A stretch of 64,000 nucleotides of DNA from Candidatus Latescibacterota bacterium (GTDB lineage: Bacteria; Latescibacterota; UBA2968), in NCBI GenBank assembly GCA_965116885.1, contig OZ220741.1, forward strand, positions 288,001 to 352,000, written 5' to 3'. Of this stretch, positions 20,006-29,981 are shown in pieces. How positions within the stretch are numbered: the first letter of the stretch is position 1; each line of letters starts with the position of its first letter. The notes under the pieces are model-generated. The model had not been told where the DNA came from and searched no databases. It saw nothing but the letters and a program-made list of their open reading frames with translations. Both the position numbers and the translations under genes were made by a program.

Positions 20006-21350
20006 CAGTCCTTTCCTCTATTTGCTCCGTGGAATGAGGATTTGTGAATGACCATCCCGGCACGATGTGAGGGATTCCCCCCATCCGTCCCTGCAAATAA
20101 CTTTTCCGAATATCCTTATCATAACGAACATCTTTGTATTCGCTAAAAGAAAATAGACTCGACACGCCGAACCCGTCTCTTTCCATTGCCCACATTTCGT
20201 CCCGACGCAACAACTGCTGCTCCATCAGCATGACATTATGGGTTGTCAACAGCAATTGCGTTCGAGTCTCTTCAGAACAACTATTCAGGTACATCTCAAG
20301 CAGTTGGCGAATTAGCAAGGGATGCAGACTGCGGTCAATTTCATCAATAATATAGACTCTCTGCGACACTTGCGTCGAAAGATCAAGAAAGGCGGGCAGG
20401 AGCTCAATAATCCGTTGTGTACCATCCGATTCTTGATAAATCTCAAATCTGGCTTCTGTGCCATCAGATTTCGGGTGAAACGAGACAAGTCTCTTTGCGA
20501 TTAGCTCTCCATCTCTGCGGGTAATCACGATGCGATTGGTCTGCGGTTCCATCAGCAACCGAACAGCCATGCCTTCTTTGACCTCTTCCTGAAGCTCGGT
20601 CTTTAATGGTTCGGGAATCGATATATTTTCTAATGGAATTTCTTCACTGCCAAGATGGGAAATTCCGGTATCGAGCCGTGGCAACATCTCGTTCATTGCC
20701 GTGTAAAGTGGATGTCCCTCATCGAGAAATATCTCGAAAAGATCAAACCGCGAGTCGGGTGCCACCAGTACAAGCGTATTCTCAAACCAGTCATAGACCG
20801 GCCTGAAATCGTTGATATTTTGGGATACGGAGTTGGTCAAGAAAAGCTGATTGTCCCGGGTTCCCCTGAAAACGAATGGGAAAAAATCGTCTTTGGAGAG
20901 CGATTTGTCAAAGCTGAGTTCGCCGTCTCGTCGATCATAGAGCACTTTTTCACTCGTACTTGTGATCTTAACCAGTCTTTCTTCCAGTACCGCCTTTTGG
21001 GACACTGCAAAGCTAAAATCGTAGATGGTCTCATCAATCAGCAACTCAAAAGCAAAGCGCGAAGGCCGACTTCTCCCCTCGGCATCCAACCGAAATGTCT
21101 CAATTGGAATCAGGCTATCGGGTCTGGTACCTTTAATAACCAGCGTCTTGGCAAAATTTAGAGCCTTAAAAAAATTAGTCTTGCCCGATGCATTGCCGCC
21201 ATAAATCGCCGCGATCGGAAGAACTCGCGTTTGGTACTTTCTGAGCTTTGGAACGCGTTCTCCATGCTGACGCTCTCGGCTGGCAACCATCGAAAAGGTC
21301 GTTGGGTCGCGGAAAGACATCCAGTTTTCAACTGAGAAACTGATTATCAT
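19986..21350 (-). CDS. RloA-like AAA_21 ATPase
   Basis: [49 protein letters not shown]; overlaps rloB by 20 nt. Confidence 0.9.
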   Translation of the reverse strand: MIISFSVENWMSFRDPTTFSMVASRERQHGERVPKLRKYQTRVLPIAAIYGGNASGKTNFFKALNFAKTLVIKGTRPDSLIPIETFRLDAEGRSRPSRFAFELLIDETIYDFSFAVSQKAVLEERLVKITSTSEKVLYDRRDGELSFDKSLSKDDFFPFVFRGTRDNQLFLTNSVSQNINDFRPVYDWFENTLVLVAPDSRFDLFEIFLDEGHPLYTAMNEMLPRLDTGISHLGSEEIPLENISIPEPLKTELQEEVKEGMAVRLLMEPQTNRIVITRRDGELIAKRLVSFHPKSDGTEARFEIYQESDGTQRIIELLPAFLDLSTQVSQRVYIIDEIDRSLHPLLIRQLLEMYLNSCSEETRTQLLLTTHNVMLMEQQLLRRDEMWAMERDGFGVSSLFSFSEYKDVRYDKDIRKSYLQGRMGGIPHIVPGWSFTNPHSTEQIEERTDAVEKT

Positions 21351-21365
21351 CTCACCACCTCCTAA

Positions 21366-21390
21366 TATGATATTTTCGGTTTATATCATA
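21366..21390. promoter_or_regulatory. Perfect 8-9-8 inverted repeat upstream of the RloA gene (candidate operator)
   Basis: TATGATAT-N9-ATATCATA, 15 nt upstream of the ATG, overlapping a TATGAT -10-like box. Confidence 0.5.
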
Positions 21391-21503
21391 CTAAATTTAG
21401 AGAATTTTAGCTAAAAAACAAGTCTAAAAGAGAAAAAATCTCTTTAAATATCTTTTCTTATCAATAATCATTGGGGATAACATCAGAAATAGGTACAAAA
21501 ACA

Positions 21504-21575
21504 GGGCGACCACAAGGGTCGCCCCTACAACAAATACTGAATCGCAGACGGGACGGCACAGGGGCCGTCCCCTAC
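21504..21575. repeat. Doublet of GTAG-family REP palindromes
   Basis: GGGCGACCACAAGGGTCGCCCCTAC and GGGACGGCACAGGGGCCGTCCCCTAC. Confidence 0.8.
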
Positions 21576-21700
21576 AACACCATATCCTGCTCCTGCATAG
21601 TTTAAGCAGAGGCCATGATAACAACCAAAATCTTCTGGATTGCGGCTAGAAACATGCCGCAATGACGGCGCTATTGATAGGACTGATCATATTTCTCCCT

Positions 21701-22621
21701 TCACACTTCCAACCCCACACCAAACTCTCTCTCAAACTCTCCCCAGAGATCGAGATCGACATCGGCAGTAGCATCGGAGAGCACCTCGTCGAGTTCGCGG
21801 GGAGACGCTGGTCCCACAAGAAGCATGCCATTGCCATTTAAGGGCGCTGCCAGACAAAATTGCAGAGCGAAGCGGCGAATACTAATCCCCCGTGCATTGC
21901 ACCACTCCCACATCGCAACAGCGCGCTCTGCCTGCCCTGGATAGCGGCGGCCAGACAACTCGGCATCGGGTCTGGGACCTGCCAGCAAGCCCATCCCCTG
22001 CACACTCGCCAGAATAAGACCCACATCGCGTTCAAGCGCGAGAGGAATCGTCGTCTCAGCAGCCGTCTGACTCAGCAGCGTATAATCGAGAAACGTAATC
22101 ACAATATCGCAAACCCCTGTCTCAATCGCATAGCGGTGAAAATCGTGCGAACGACAGCCAATACCCGTATAACCGATCAGCCCCTCGTCTCTCATCTTCA
22201 AAAGCTCATCCGAAGCATACCCCGGTGAATACACCTCTTCTATATCCCTCGGATCGTGGATAAGCAACGCATCGATATAATCCGTCTTTAGTTGTCTCAG
22301 ACTATTCTCAACCGTCCACCGGATCGACTTCGCCGAAAAATCGTGCCGCCGATCCCGATGGGTACCCGCCTTAGTCTGCAAATAAACCTTCTCCCGGTAT
22401 CCCCCTTGAAGCGCGAGACCCACGCGCCGCTCGCTCTCGCCTCCGCCATAAGCAGCAGACGTATCGATAAAATTAATCCCCCGATCAATCGCCTCTCGCA
22501 CAGTCGCAATCCCCTCATCATCAGACACGCGCTGCGGACTGCCGAGAAAAGCACAGCCAAGACCAATCGCTTTGGGTTTAAGTTCCGTGCGACCAAGACG
22601 TCGCGTTTCGAGTTCAGGCAT
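21701..22621 (-). CDS. Aldo/keto reductase
   Basis: IGLGCA, GINFIDTSAAYG, SERRVG, SLRQLKTDYID, LIHDP. Confidence 0.92.
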   Translation of the reverse strand: MPELETRRLGRTELKPKAIGLGCAFLGSPQRVSDDEGIATVREAIDRGINFIDTSAAYGGGESERRVGLALQGGYREKVYLQTKAGTHRDRRHDFSAKSIRWTVENSLRQLKTDYIDALLIHDPRDIEEVYSPGYASDELLKMRDEGLIGYTGIGCRSHDFHRYAIETGVCDIVITFLDYTLLSQTAAETTIPLALERDVGLILASVQGMGLLAGPRPDAELSGRRYPGQAERAVAMWEWCNARGISIRRFALQFCLAAPLNGNGMLLVGPASPRELDEVLSDATADVDLDLWGEFEREFGVGLEV

Positions 22622-22650
22622 AGCATCTCCCCATTTATTTTCCGTTTACA

Positions 22651-22680
22651 AATCTGCGTTCATCTGCGTTCATCTGCGGA
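22651..22680 (-). repeat. CGCAGATGAA-type 10-mer tandem repeat supplying the stop codon
   Basis: Minus strand TCCGCAGATGAACGCAGATGAACGCAGATT; related copies at 27194 and 60803. Confidence 0.75.
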
Positions 22681-24108
22681 TCTGCTTTTCACATAGCGCG
22701 CCAGCAAGCTCAGATTCCGAATAAACGTGCGGCACGAAAGAATCTCCGCCTCAATGCGCTCGCGTCTATTCTCTGGATTCCTCAACGATCCCTGCTCGAC
22801 CCAGCGCCCCCGGTCATCGAGCGCATCAATCACTTCTCTCACGCGATCAACACCCGGGCAGGTAACGCCCCCGCGCTCAGACAAAATCTTCTCCCGCCCC
22901 TCTGCCCTGATGCGATTGTACAACGCCTCAACCCGCTCAATCCGACTCCCACTCACCTTAAACGCATAATGCGTAGGCAAATCCGAATCGTCATACGTAA
23001 GCACATAATCGCGGGTAAAAAACAGCGGCCGATTGGTCTGAAGCTCGTAAAACCGCGCCAGGCGACCATCGGGTAGAAGCGAGCGTTTTGCCCAATCCAG
23101 CGCGCCGGGAACCGGATCCAAAAAACGCGCCTCTCCGGTCGCCAAATACAAATCCAAAAGCACCTGCAAAACCCCAAAACTCTCGCCACCCGTAACAGAA
23201 GGCGGCTCAAAACGGCGCGCCCAGGTCGGCTCCATATCCAAATTGTACTGCTGCGCCCACGCGGGCTGTGGCTCGGGCATCTGCGCCAAAATAATAAAAT
23301 CGCCACCCCGTTTCGCCGCATCGAGATAGCGGTCATCCCCATAAACACCGTACGCCTCGACCATCGCCTCGATCACATCGGCAATCGCATTATCATTAAA
23401 CGTATAATAATCCAAATACCGCGTATTGGGATAGGTCCGCGACCACGTTTCGGGATAACGCGCCTTCTTCACCGGAAACCTTTCTGGATCGGGAAAAACC
23501 TCAAACCGCTGCGGCCACGCGCCATTTGGATACTGCGCCTTGAGAAGCGCATCGAGACCAAATAGCACCGCCGCGTGAACCTCCTCATCCTCAAAACTTT
23601 GCACCTTATCGACCCGCATCAACAACTGCAACGCACTCTGCGTATTATTGTCGTCGAGCGTCGTGCGATTGCGGCGGTCCCCCGTATCGACATCGCCCCG
23701 CTCGACATCTCGCCGAAAGTGCCAGCGCTTGCTTCCCTCCGCATCAAAATCAATCCGGTAATCCCAACCACCAGAAGCGAGTTGCCCCCAAACAAGCGCG
23801 CGCGCCGCCTCAACAGCACCATTCAAAAACAGCGTATCGCCCGTAGCCTCATACGCCTCCAAAAACGCCATACCCACAGCAGGCGTACCCGGCGGCTGCA
23901 CCCAAATCGCTGAAGGCGACGCCGTACCCTCGCCCTCGCGCATAGAAAAATCGGTCTTATACCGCCACAAATAACCGCCATGAGTCGCAACATCGGTGCG
24001 AAAATAGCGCGTCGCCACAACCATCGCATCAATCGCGGTCCGATGGAGATTTTCATCCGCACTGAGCGGTGCTGTAATCATCATAAGCAGAACAAAAAAC
24101 CTTTTCAT
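22660..24108 (-). CDS. Pectate lyase-like protein (PL10/PelA family), secreted
   Basis: Signal peptide; TTLDDNNT, AQYPNGAWPQ, YTFNDNA, WAQQY, WARRFEPP, ARFYEL. Confidence 0.78.
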   Translation of the reverse strand: MKRFFVLLMMITAPLSADENLHRTAIDAMVVATRYFRTDVATHGGYLWRYKTDFSMREGEGTASPSAIWVQPPGTPAVGMAFLEAYEATGDTLFLNGAVEAARALVWGQLASGGWDYRIDFDAEGSKRWHFRRDVERGDVDTGDRRNRTTLDDNNTQSALQLLMRVDKVQSFEDEEVHAAVLFGLDALLKAQYPNGAWPQRFEVFPDPERFPVKKARYPETWSRTYPNTRYLDYYTFNDNAIADVIEAMVEAYGVYGDDRYLDAAKRGGDFIILAQMPEPQPAWAQQYNLDMEPTWARRFEPPSVTGGESFGVLQVLLDLYLATGEARFLDPVPGALDWAKRSLLPDGRLARFYELQTNRPLFFTRDYVLTYDDSDLPTHYAFKVSGSRIERVEALYNRIRAEGREKILSERGGVTCPGVDRVREVIDALDDRGRWVEQGSLRNPENRRERIEAEILSCRTFIRNLSLLARYVKSRSADERR

Positions 24109-24130
24109 TTCGAACTCCGAAAAGAAGCGC

Positions 24131-24157
24131 GGGCGGGCACAGGGGCACCGCCCCTAC
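24131..24157. repeat. GTAG-family REP
   Basis: GGGCGGGCACAGGGGCACCGCCCCTAC, identical to the copies at 28063 and 30879. Confidence 0.8.
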
Positions 24158-24275
24158 ATATACTAAACCACCATCCATCAACCGCTGCAAGCTATCCCAT
24201 TCACATCCTGCGGTCAACCGCAAAATGTCCACATCAGTTGCGCTTTTCATATTTAGCTTGTAAATTTCATTCACA

Positions 24276-24923
24276 ATGGACATCCTCTACCTCGACAATC
24301 ACCTGCTGGTCGTACGCAAACCCGCTGGCCTACTCGTACAGGGCAACCACACCGGCGACAAAAACTTGCTGGACATGGGCAAAGCCTATCTCAAAGTCAA
24401 ATTCAACAAACCCGGCAACGTATTTCTCGGACTCGTACACCGACTGGACCGCCCCGTATCGGGCGTAGTAGTCTTTGCGCGCACATCGACCTCAGCGCGC
24501 CGCTTATCGCAACAATTTCGGGAGCGAACCGTTGAAAAACACTATATTGCCCTCGTCCACGGCAAAACCCCCGAAAAGGGCCATCTCGTAAACCACATCG
24601 CGCGGCGACAAACAAAAAGCCGCATCGTAAACGCCCCTCACGGACAACGCGCAGAACTCACCTACGAACGACTGGCATATCGCAACGGCATATCCTCGGT
24701 GCGCGTGGACCTCGCCACCGGGCGCCATCATCAAATACGCGTACAATTCGCAGACATAGGCCACCCTGTATTGGGCGATTACAAGTACGGATCGCGCAAA
24801 CCATTCCCCAACCGCGCCATCGCCCTCCACGCACAGAGCCTGACCATAATACACCCGACAAAAAAGGAACGCATGACCTTTGAAACCCGGCCGGAAACAT
24901 TTTGGCCTAAATCTTTTGTATAG
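24276..24923 (+). CDS. RluA-family RNA pseudouridine synthase
   Basis: KPAGL, VHRLDRPVSG, TGRHHQIRV, LGDYKYG, LHA. Confidence 0.93.
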   Translation: MDILYLDNHLLVVRKPAGLLVQGNHTGDKNLLDMGKAYLKVKFNKPGNVFLGLVHRLDRPVSGVVVFARTSTSARRLSQQFRERTVEKHYIALVHGKTPEKGHLVNHIARRQTKSRIVNAPHGQRAELTYERLAYRNGISSVRVDLATGRHHQIRVQFADIGHPVLGDYKYGSRKPFPNRAIALHAQSLTIIHPTKKERMTFETRPETFWPKSFV

Positions 24924-24932
24924 CTCCTGCTC

Positions 24933-25838
24933 ATGACCAAACAAATAACCTATCGCAATCGCAAAACGGACGAAATGATCTCCGAACCGCTCATATTGCC
25001 CCGCGTTCAATATGCTGTTGCGCGATCTCGCGTGGCAATATTTGTTTACAACATATTCCTGAACACATACCCATTTTGCTGGCTACTCGGCAAATGGATG
25101 GACCTATCGGGATCGCGAAAAAAAATCCAGGCATTTGTACAAAAATACGACATCAACCTCAACGAAATCGAATTGCCCCTGGACCAGTACAAAAACCTAA
25201 ACGCCTTTTTCTCCCGCAAACTCCAACCCGACGCACGCCCCTTTATCGCCGACCCCCGCATCTTCTGTTCACCCGCCGATGGAAAAGTTCTCGCATATCC
25301 CAAACTGGATGCACAAACCCGCCTCCCCGTCAAAGGATCCCATGTCGATATTGCGCATCTCCTATCATCAAAAGAATCCGCAATCCCCTATAGAAATGGT
25401 GCTGCGCTCGTCATTCGATTGGCCCCGGCAGACTACCACCGCTACCATTTCCCCGTTGCCGGCATCGCAACAGCATCTGCCAAAATCTCTGGACGCTATT
25501 ATCTCGTCAACCCCATTGCCCTCGACGTAAAACCCGACTTATTTGCCCACAACAAGCGCGAAGTGACATACCTCGAAACCGAACACTTTGGTCGCATCAT
25601 GATCATGGAAGTAGCGGGCTGGGGCGTGGGGCGCATCGTCCAAACCTATCAACCGGGCAATGTAGAACGTGGGCAGGAAAAGGGCTACTTCCAATTTGGA
25701 GGATCTACCCTGGTACTCCTGTTCGAGCCTGGACGCATTATATTTGATAATGACCTCATCCGCGACACACAAGCAGGCATCGAAGTCCAGGTCCTCACAG
25801 GATCACAACTCGGTGTACAAACCATATCCAAAAATTAA
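24933..25838 (+). CDS. psd: Phosphatidylserine decarboxylase proenzyme
   Basis: NAFFSRKL, SPADGK, RLAPADYHRYHFP, FGGST autocleavage motif. Confidence 0.9.
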   Translation: MTKQITYRNRKTDEMISEPLILPRVQYAVARSRVAIFVYNIFLNTYPFCWLLGKWMDLSGSRKKIQAFVQKYDINLNEIELPLDQYKNLNAFFSRKLQPDARPFIADPRIFCSPADGKVLAYPKLDAQTRLPVKGSHVDIAHLLSSKESAIPYRNGAALVIRLAPADYHRYHFPVAGIATASAKISGRYYLVNPIALDVKPDLFAHNKREVTYLETEHFGRIMIMEVAGWGVGRIVQTYQPGNVERGQEKGYFQFGGSTLVLLFEPGRIIFDNDLIRDTQAGIEVQVLTGSQLGVQTISKN

Positions 25839-25859
25839 ACCATAAAACCAAAAATACCT

Positions 25860-27224
25860 ATGCCAACAATCAACCTCATCACCCTGGGCTGTCCCAAAAA
25901 CACCGTCGATTCCGAGCGCATGCACCACCTGCTCAAACTCAACGGCTACGACCTCTCGGACCACGCTGAAGACGCCGACATCATCGTCGTCAACACCTGC
26001 GGATTCATCGAACCAGCCAAAGAAGAATCAATAGCAACAGTAATGGACGCCGCAGAATACAAAAAAAACGGACGCTGTCGCGGCGTCATCGTCACGGGCT
26101 GCCTGGCCGAGCGATACCGAACAGAATTGGAAACCGAACTCGTCGAAGCAGACATGATCGTGGGCCTTGCCGGAGAACGCGAAATCGTCGCACACTGCGA
26201 TCATTTATTAGGCACATCGCGCATACACACCATTCGAGACGCAGAGGCGCGCCATCTACTCACCCCAAAACACTGGGCGTACTTGCGAATCTCGGACGGA
26301 TGCGACAGAACATGTGCATTTTGCGCCATCCCGAGTTTTCGCGGAAAAAACAAAAGCGAAAACCTGGACCGCCTCATCGCCGAAGCCTATCGCATGGTCG
26401 GCAACGGCGTGCGCGAAATCGCCCTCATCGCCCAGGACACCATGCGATATGGCGCAGACCTGTACGGCAAACCCCGGCTGACAGACCTGATAGAAAAACT
26501 CATCCAAATCGAGAAACTCGACTGGGTGCGAATGTTATACGCCTATCCAACCGGTTGGCGCGATGAGTTAGTCAACCTCCTGGCGACCGAAGAAAAATTG
26601 TGCGCCTACATCGACCTGCCCATCCAGCACGCATCAGACCCCATACTAAAAACCATGAACCGGGGCACCACAAAAGCGGGCATTCGCAAACTCGTCCACA
26701 CCTTGCGCGAACGCATACCCAATTTGACCATCCGATCATCAATCATCACCGGATTTCCCGGCGAACGCGATGAACACTTTGCAGAACTCATGGACTTCGT
26801 CGATGAAATGCAATTCAACCGCCTCGTCGGATTCACCTATTCGCACGAAGAAGGCACGCAAGCAGGCGCATTGAAAGACGACGTACCCGAAGACATCAAG
26901 CGCGAACGGTTGAACGACCTCATGGCATTGCAGGCGCAAATATCGGGCGAATTAAACGCTGCGCACATAGGACGCACCTTCAAAGTACTCGTAGATGAAG
27001 CCTCAGACGACCCGGCATATCACTACATCGGCCGCACGCGAATGGACGCCCCGGAAATCGACGGCGCCGTATTCTTCACGGGTCCCGCAAACATCGGAGA
27101 CTTTGTCGAAGTAGAAATCACCGATGCAACCGAACACGACCTCATCGGACATGTCGTAAAAACTGACGCCCTATTGGAAATTGAGTCTTATAATCCGCAG
27201 ATGGACGCAGATGGACGCAGATGA
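25860..27224 (+). CDS. rimO: Ribosomal protein S12 methylthiotransferase
   Basis: LGCPKNTVDSE, NTCGFI, radical SAM CDRTCAFC, C-terminal TRAM DAPEIDG. Confidence 0.95.
   Translation: MPTINLITLGCPKNTVDSERMHHLLKLNGYDLSDHAEDADIIVVNTCGFIEPAKEESIATVMDAAEYKKNGRCRGVIVTGCLAERYRTELETELVEADMIVGLAGEREIVAHCDHLLGTSRIHTIRDAEARHLLTPKHWAYLRISDGCDRTCAFCAIPSFRGKNKSENLDRLIAEAYRMVGNGVREIALIAQDTMRYGADLYGKPRLTDLIEKLIQIEKLDWVRMLYAYPTGWRDELVNLLATEEKLCAYIDLPIQHASDPILKTMNRGTTKAGIRKLVHTLRERIPNLTIRSSIITGFPGERDEHFAELMDFVDEMQFNRLVGFTYSHEEGTQAGALKDDVPEDIKRERLNDLMALQAQISGELNAAHIGRTFKVLVDEASDDPAYHYIGRTRMDAPEIDGAVFFTGPANIGDFVEVEITDATEHDLIGHVVKTDALLEIESYNPQMDADGRR
27194..27224 (+). repeat. CGCAGATGGA 10-mer tandem repeat supplying the rimO stop
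   Basis: TCCGCAGATGGACGCAGATGGACGCAGATGA. Confidence 0.75.
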
Positions 27225-27280
27225 AAGGCAAAAGATAAAGAGGGGCTGGAGGCTGGGGCTGACTGCTAACAGGAGAAATC

Positions 27281-27745
27281 ATGACCATCATCGCTGCAAT
27301 GGACAAAAACCGCGTCATTGGTCGGGACAACAAAATGCCCTGGCACATCTCTGAAGAATCGAAGCACTTTCGGCGTACAACAACCGGACATACCTTATTG
27401 GTAGGGCGCAAAACATATCAATCCTGGGGTGGCAAACCCCTGCCGGATCGCCTGCATGTCATTGTAAGCCGAACCATGCCCGACACAAAAGGCGTAGATG
27501 TGTGCAGATCGCTCGAAGAAGCCATAGAAAAAGCTAAGTCTTATGGCCGCGAAGTATTCATCTGCGGCGGCGGCCAAATTTATCGCGCCACACTATCAAA
27601 AGCAGATCGGATGATCCTATCGTACATCGACGCAGAATACTCAGGCGATGAATACTTCCCCGAATTTGACGAAGATGAATGGATCATTTTAAAAGAAGAG
27701 GTGTATGATCAATTCACAGCCGTATATTATGAACGCGGAGAATAA
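27281..27745 (+). CDS. folA: Dihydrofolate reductase
   Basis: VIGRDNKMPW, GRKTY, PLPDR, ICGGGQIY, GDEYFP. Confidence 0.95.
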   Translation: MTIIAAMDKNRVIGRDNKMPWHISEESKHFRRTTTGHTLLVGRKTYQSWGGKPLPDRLHVIVSRTMPDTKGVDVCRSLEEAIEKAKSYGREVFICGGGQIYRATLSKADRMILSYIDAEYSGDEYFPEFDEDEWIILKEEVYDQFTAVYYERGE

Positions 27746-27809
27746 GGTCTTCTTTGGGTTTCTGTAGGCGTTTGAGCAGAGGACAAGCGTATTCATCTGG
27801 AGAATTGAT

Positions 27810-27968
27810 ATGCTCAGCGGATTTTTTGATGAACAGTTTGTGCCGAATACGAATAAAGACACACTAAGGCGAGATCTCTATCAGCGATTTATCCCCAAAG
27901 GCTTCCCCGATCAGGAAGTCGAAGATCTGCTACTTAATATGAATTGTTCGGCGAAGAATTGCGCTTGA
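27810..27968 (+). pseudogene. Possible 52-aa ORF or gene remnant between folA and thyA
   Basis: GGAG then ATG; MLSGFFDEQFVPNTNKDTLRRDLYQRF...; no recognised family. Confidence 0.25.
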
Positions 27969-28062
27969 CGATCTTTGCCGCCAAATCTCTACAAGAAGTT
28001 TAGGCATCGCCATTGCTCAAAAACATGCCACGATGACAGACACAGGACCTGCCACCACAAGC

Positions 28063-28089
28063 GGGCGGGCACAGGGGCACCGCCCCTAC
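28063..28089. repeat. GTAG-family REP
   Basis: GGGCGGGCACAGGGGCACCGCCCCTAC. Confidence 0.8.
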
Positions 28090-28167
28090 GACAATCTTCT
28101 CTCCCAATAGTCTAATCTCTTACTTCTCCCCCCTTTTATTATTATATTTTTTCTACTGGGGGCCTTT

Positions 28168-29007
28168 ATGTACACATATCTCGACCAACTGCAACACGTA
28201 TTGGACCACGGCGTAAAAAAGGGAGACCGCACGGGAGTGGGCACAATCTCGTGTTTTGGCCTGCATGCGCGCTACGCAATGGCAGATGGATTTCCCGCTG
28301 TTACCACCAAGCGACTGGTGTGGAAATCAATCCTATCGGAACTCCTGTGGTTTATATCCGGATCCGACAACATCTACGACTTAAAAACCTATTTGAAAAG
28401 CAACCGGCTATGGGATGGCAATTATGAGGACTACTTGAACCGCCTGGGAAGAGATAAAAACGACGGCAACATGGGACGTATTTACGGTGTACAGTGGCGG
28501 CAATGGAAAGGCGCCAACGGGAAAGTAGTAGATCAGCTTCAAAATGCGATTGATTTAATCCGAGAAAACCCCGAATCCCGACGCATCATGGTCAATGCCT
28601 GGAACGCAGCGGAAATAGGCACTCGAGACGTAGCCCTGCCCCCGTGTCACAACTTCTTCCAATTTTACGTCGCAGAAGGCAAACTATCCTTACAAATGTA
28701 TCAGCGATCCTGCGACATGTTCTTAGGCGTACCGCTCAACATCGCGTCCTATTCCGTATTATTGCACATGGTCGCAAAAATCACGGGCCTCACACCCTGC
28801 GAATTTATCCATGTCCTCGGCGACGCGCACATCTACTTAAACCACCTCGACGCAGTAAAAAAACAACTATCTCGCAAGCCATATCCCCTGCCCGAATTGC
28901 GGATAAAAGACCGCGGGCAAACCGAAATTGACCATTTTGAAATGGACGACTTTGAACTCATCAACTATCAGCATCACGACACCATCCGCGCGGAAATGGC
29001 GGTTTAA
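28168..29007 (+). CDS. thyA: Thymidylate synthase
   Basis: DRTGVGT, ELLWF, YGVQWR, LPPCH, YQRSCDMFLGVP, GDAHIY. Confidence 0.97.
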   Translation: MYTYLDQLQHVLDHGVKKGDRTGVGTISCFGLHARYAMADGFPAVTTKRLVWKSILSELLWFISGSDNIYDLKTYLKSNRLWDGNYEDYLNRLGRDKNDGNMGRIYGVQWRQWKGANGKVVDQLQNAIDLIRENPESRRIMVNAWNAAEIGTRDVALPPCHNFFQFYVAEGKLSLQMYQRSCDMFLGVPLNIASYSVLLHMVAKITGLTPCEFIHVLGDAHIYLNHLDAVKKQLSRKPYPLPELRIKDRGQTEIDHFEMDDFELINYQHHDTIRAEMAV

Positions 29008-29019
29008 GACGGCCACCCA

Positions 29020-29157
29020 TTATTCTTTTTTATCGCGTATTGCGCGGATCATCTGCCACAAGATATGTCCAATGCCGACCAAAATAAAAACGGACGTGAG
29101 AACCAGAAAAATTTGGACGCCTAAAGGCAGGTTGTCAAATGGAATGATCGGATGCAT
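29020..29157 (-). CDS. Small single-TM protein (45 aa)
   Basis: Below the track cutoff: MHPIIPFDNLPLGVQIFLVLTSVFILVGIGHILWQMIRAIRDKKE, a hydrophobic stretch followed by a basic tail. Confidence 0.5.
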   Translation of the reverse strand: MHPIIPFDNLPLGVQIFLVLTSVFILVGIGHILWQMIRAIRDKKE

Positions 29158-29217
29158 GATAGGTAAACCAGTTATTATCGCTTTTGCCGAACGTCGTCTG
29201 AACAGGACTCGAATATC

Positions 29218-29931
29218 GTGAAAACGTTACTCTTAATCTGTGTCGAAAGTAAATTACAAGTTTCTCGCCAATTTATCAACGCGGCAACCGACGCCAAAAT
29301 CGCCGATCAAGTAGTAGCCACTTCCTTTGATAAATTGGAAGAAAGCGTGCGTACCGCTGAAGGAATTGATCAAATTATCGTCTTCCCCGCCCTGATCGCC
29401 CTGCCCGATGCAATGCGCGAAAACTTATTGCAACGCATCGCATCTCTCCAAAATGAAAACCCACAAACACGCATCCTGATGACCAGCCCATTGGGCGGTG
29501 ATCCCCGCTTATTCGACATGATCCAGGACCGCATGACAGCCGCCCTGAAAAGTACGCAAAACACCCCCATATTGACAATAGAAACACCGAATACGTCTCG
29601 AACCCTCGACTTTGAAAACTTCGCCACACTACCAGATCAGATCGCAGATATAAGCACACTCGTCCCCGACCGTCAGGGACAGGGCGTTTGGGTACGCGAA
29701 GTATTGGACCACACACCCAATGCCGACGCAATCTTTTACGCAGACGCCGACCGTTTTTCAGCCACAGTCGATCTCGCCCTCGTCCGGGAGCAAGGATTGT
29801 TAATCTACGGACTGGAAGGACAGCCCTTACCCGCCAGTTATGGCGGACCTTTGCGTCTAATCATTCCCGGACACGACGACCGCTGTGCAAATGTAAAAGG
29901 CGTAGCGCGGGTCGAAATCGCATTGAAATAG
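29218..29931 (+). CDS. Degenerate CbiX-like domain fused to a molybdopterin-oxidoreductase (Oxidored_molyb)-like domain
   Basis: N-half IIVFP...PQTRILMTSPLGGDPRLFDMIQDR; C-half LIYGLEGQPLPASYGGPLRLIIPG...NVKGVARVE. Confidence 0.55.
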   Translation: MKTLLLICVESKLQVSRQFINAATDAKIADQVVATSFDKLEESVRTAEGIDQIIVFPALIALPDAMRENLLQRIASLQNENPQTRILMTSPLGGDPRLFDMIQDRMTAALKSTQNTPILTIETPNTSRTLDFENFATLPDQIADISTLVPDRQGQGVWVREVLDHTPNADAIFYADADRFSATVDLALVREQGLLIYGLEGQPLPASYGGPLRLIIPGHDDRCANVKGVARVEIALK

Positions 29932-29981
29932 CGAAAATAACGATGCGTCAACCCGCCATTTTCACCAGGAGAAAACACACC

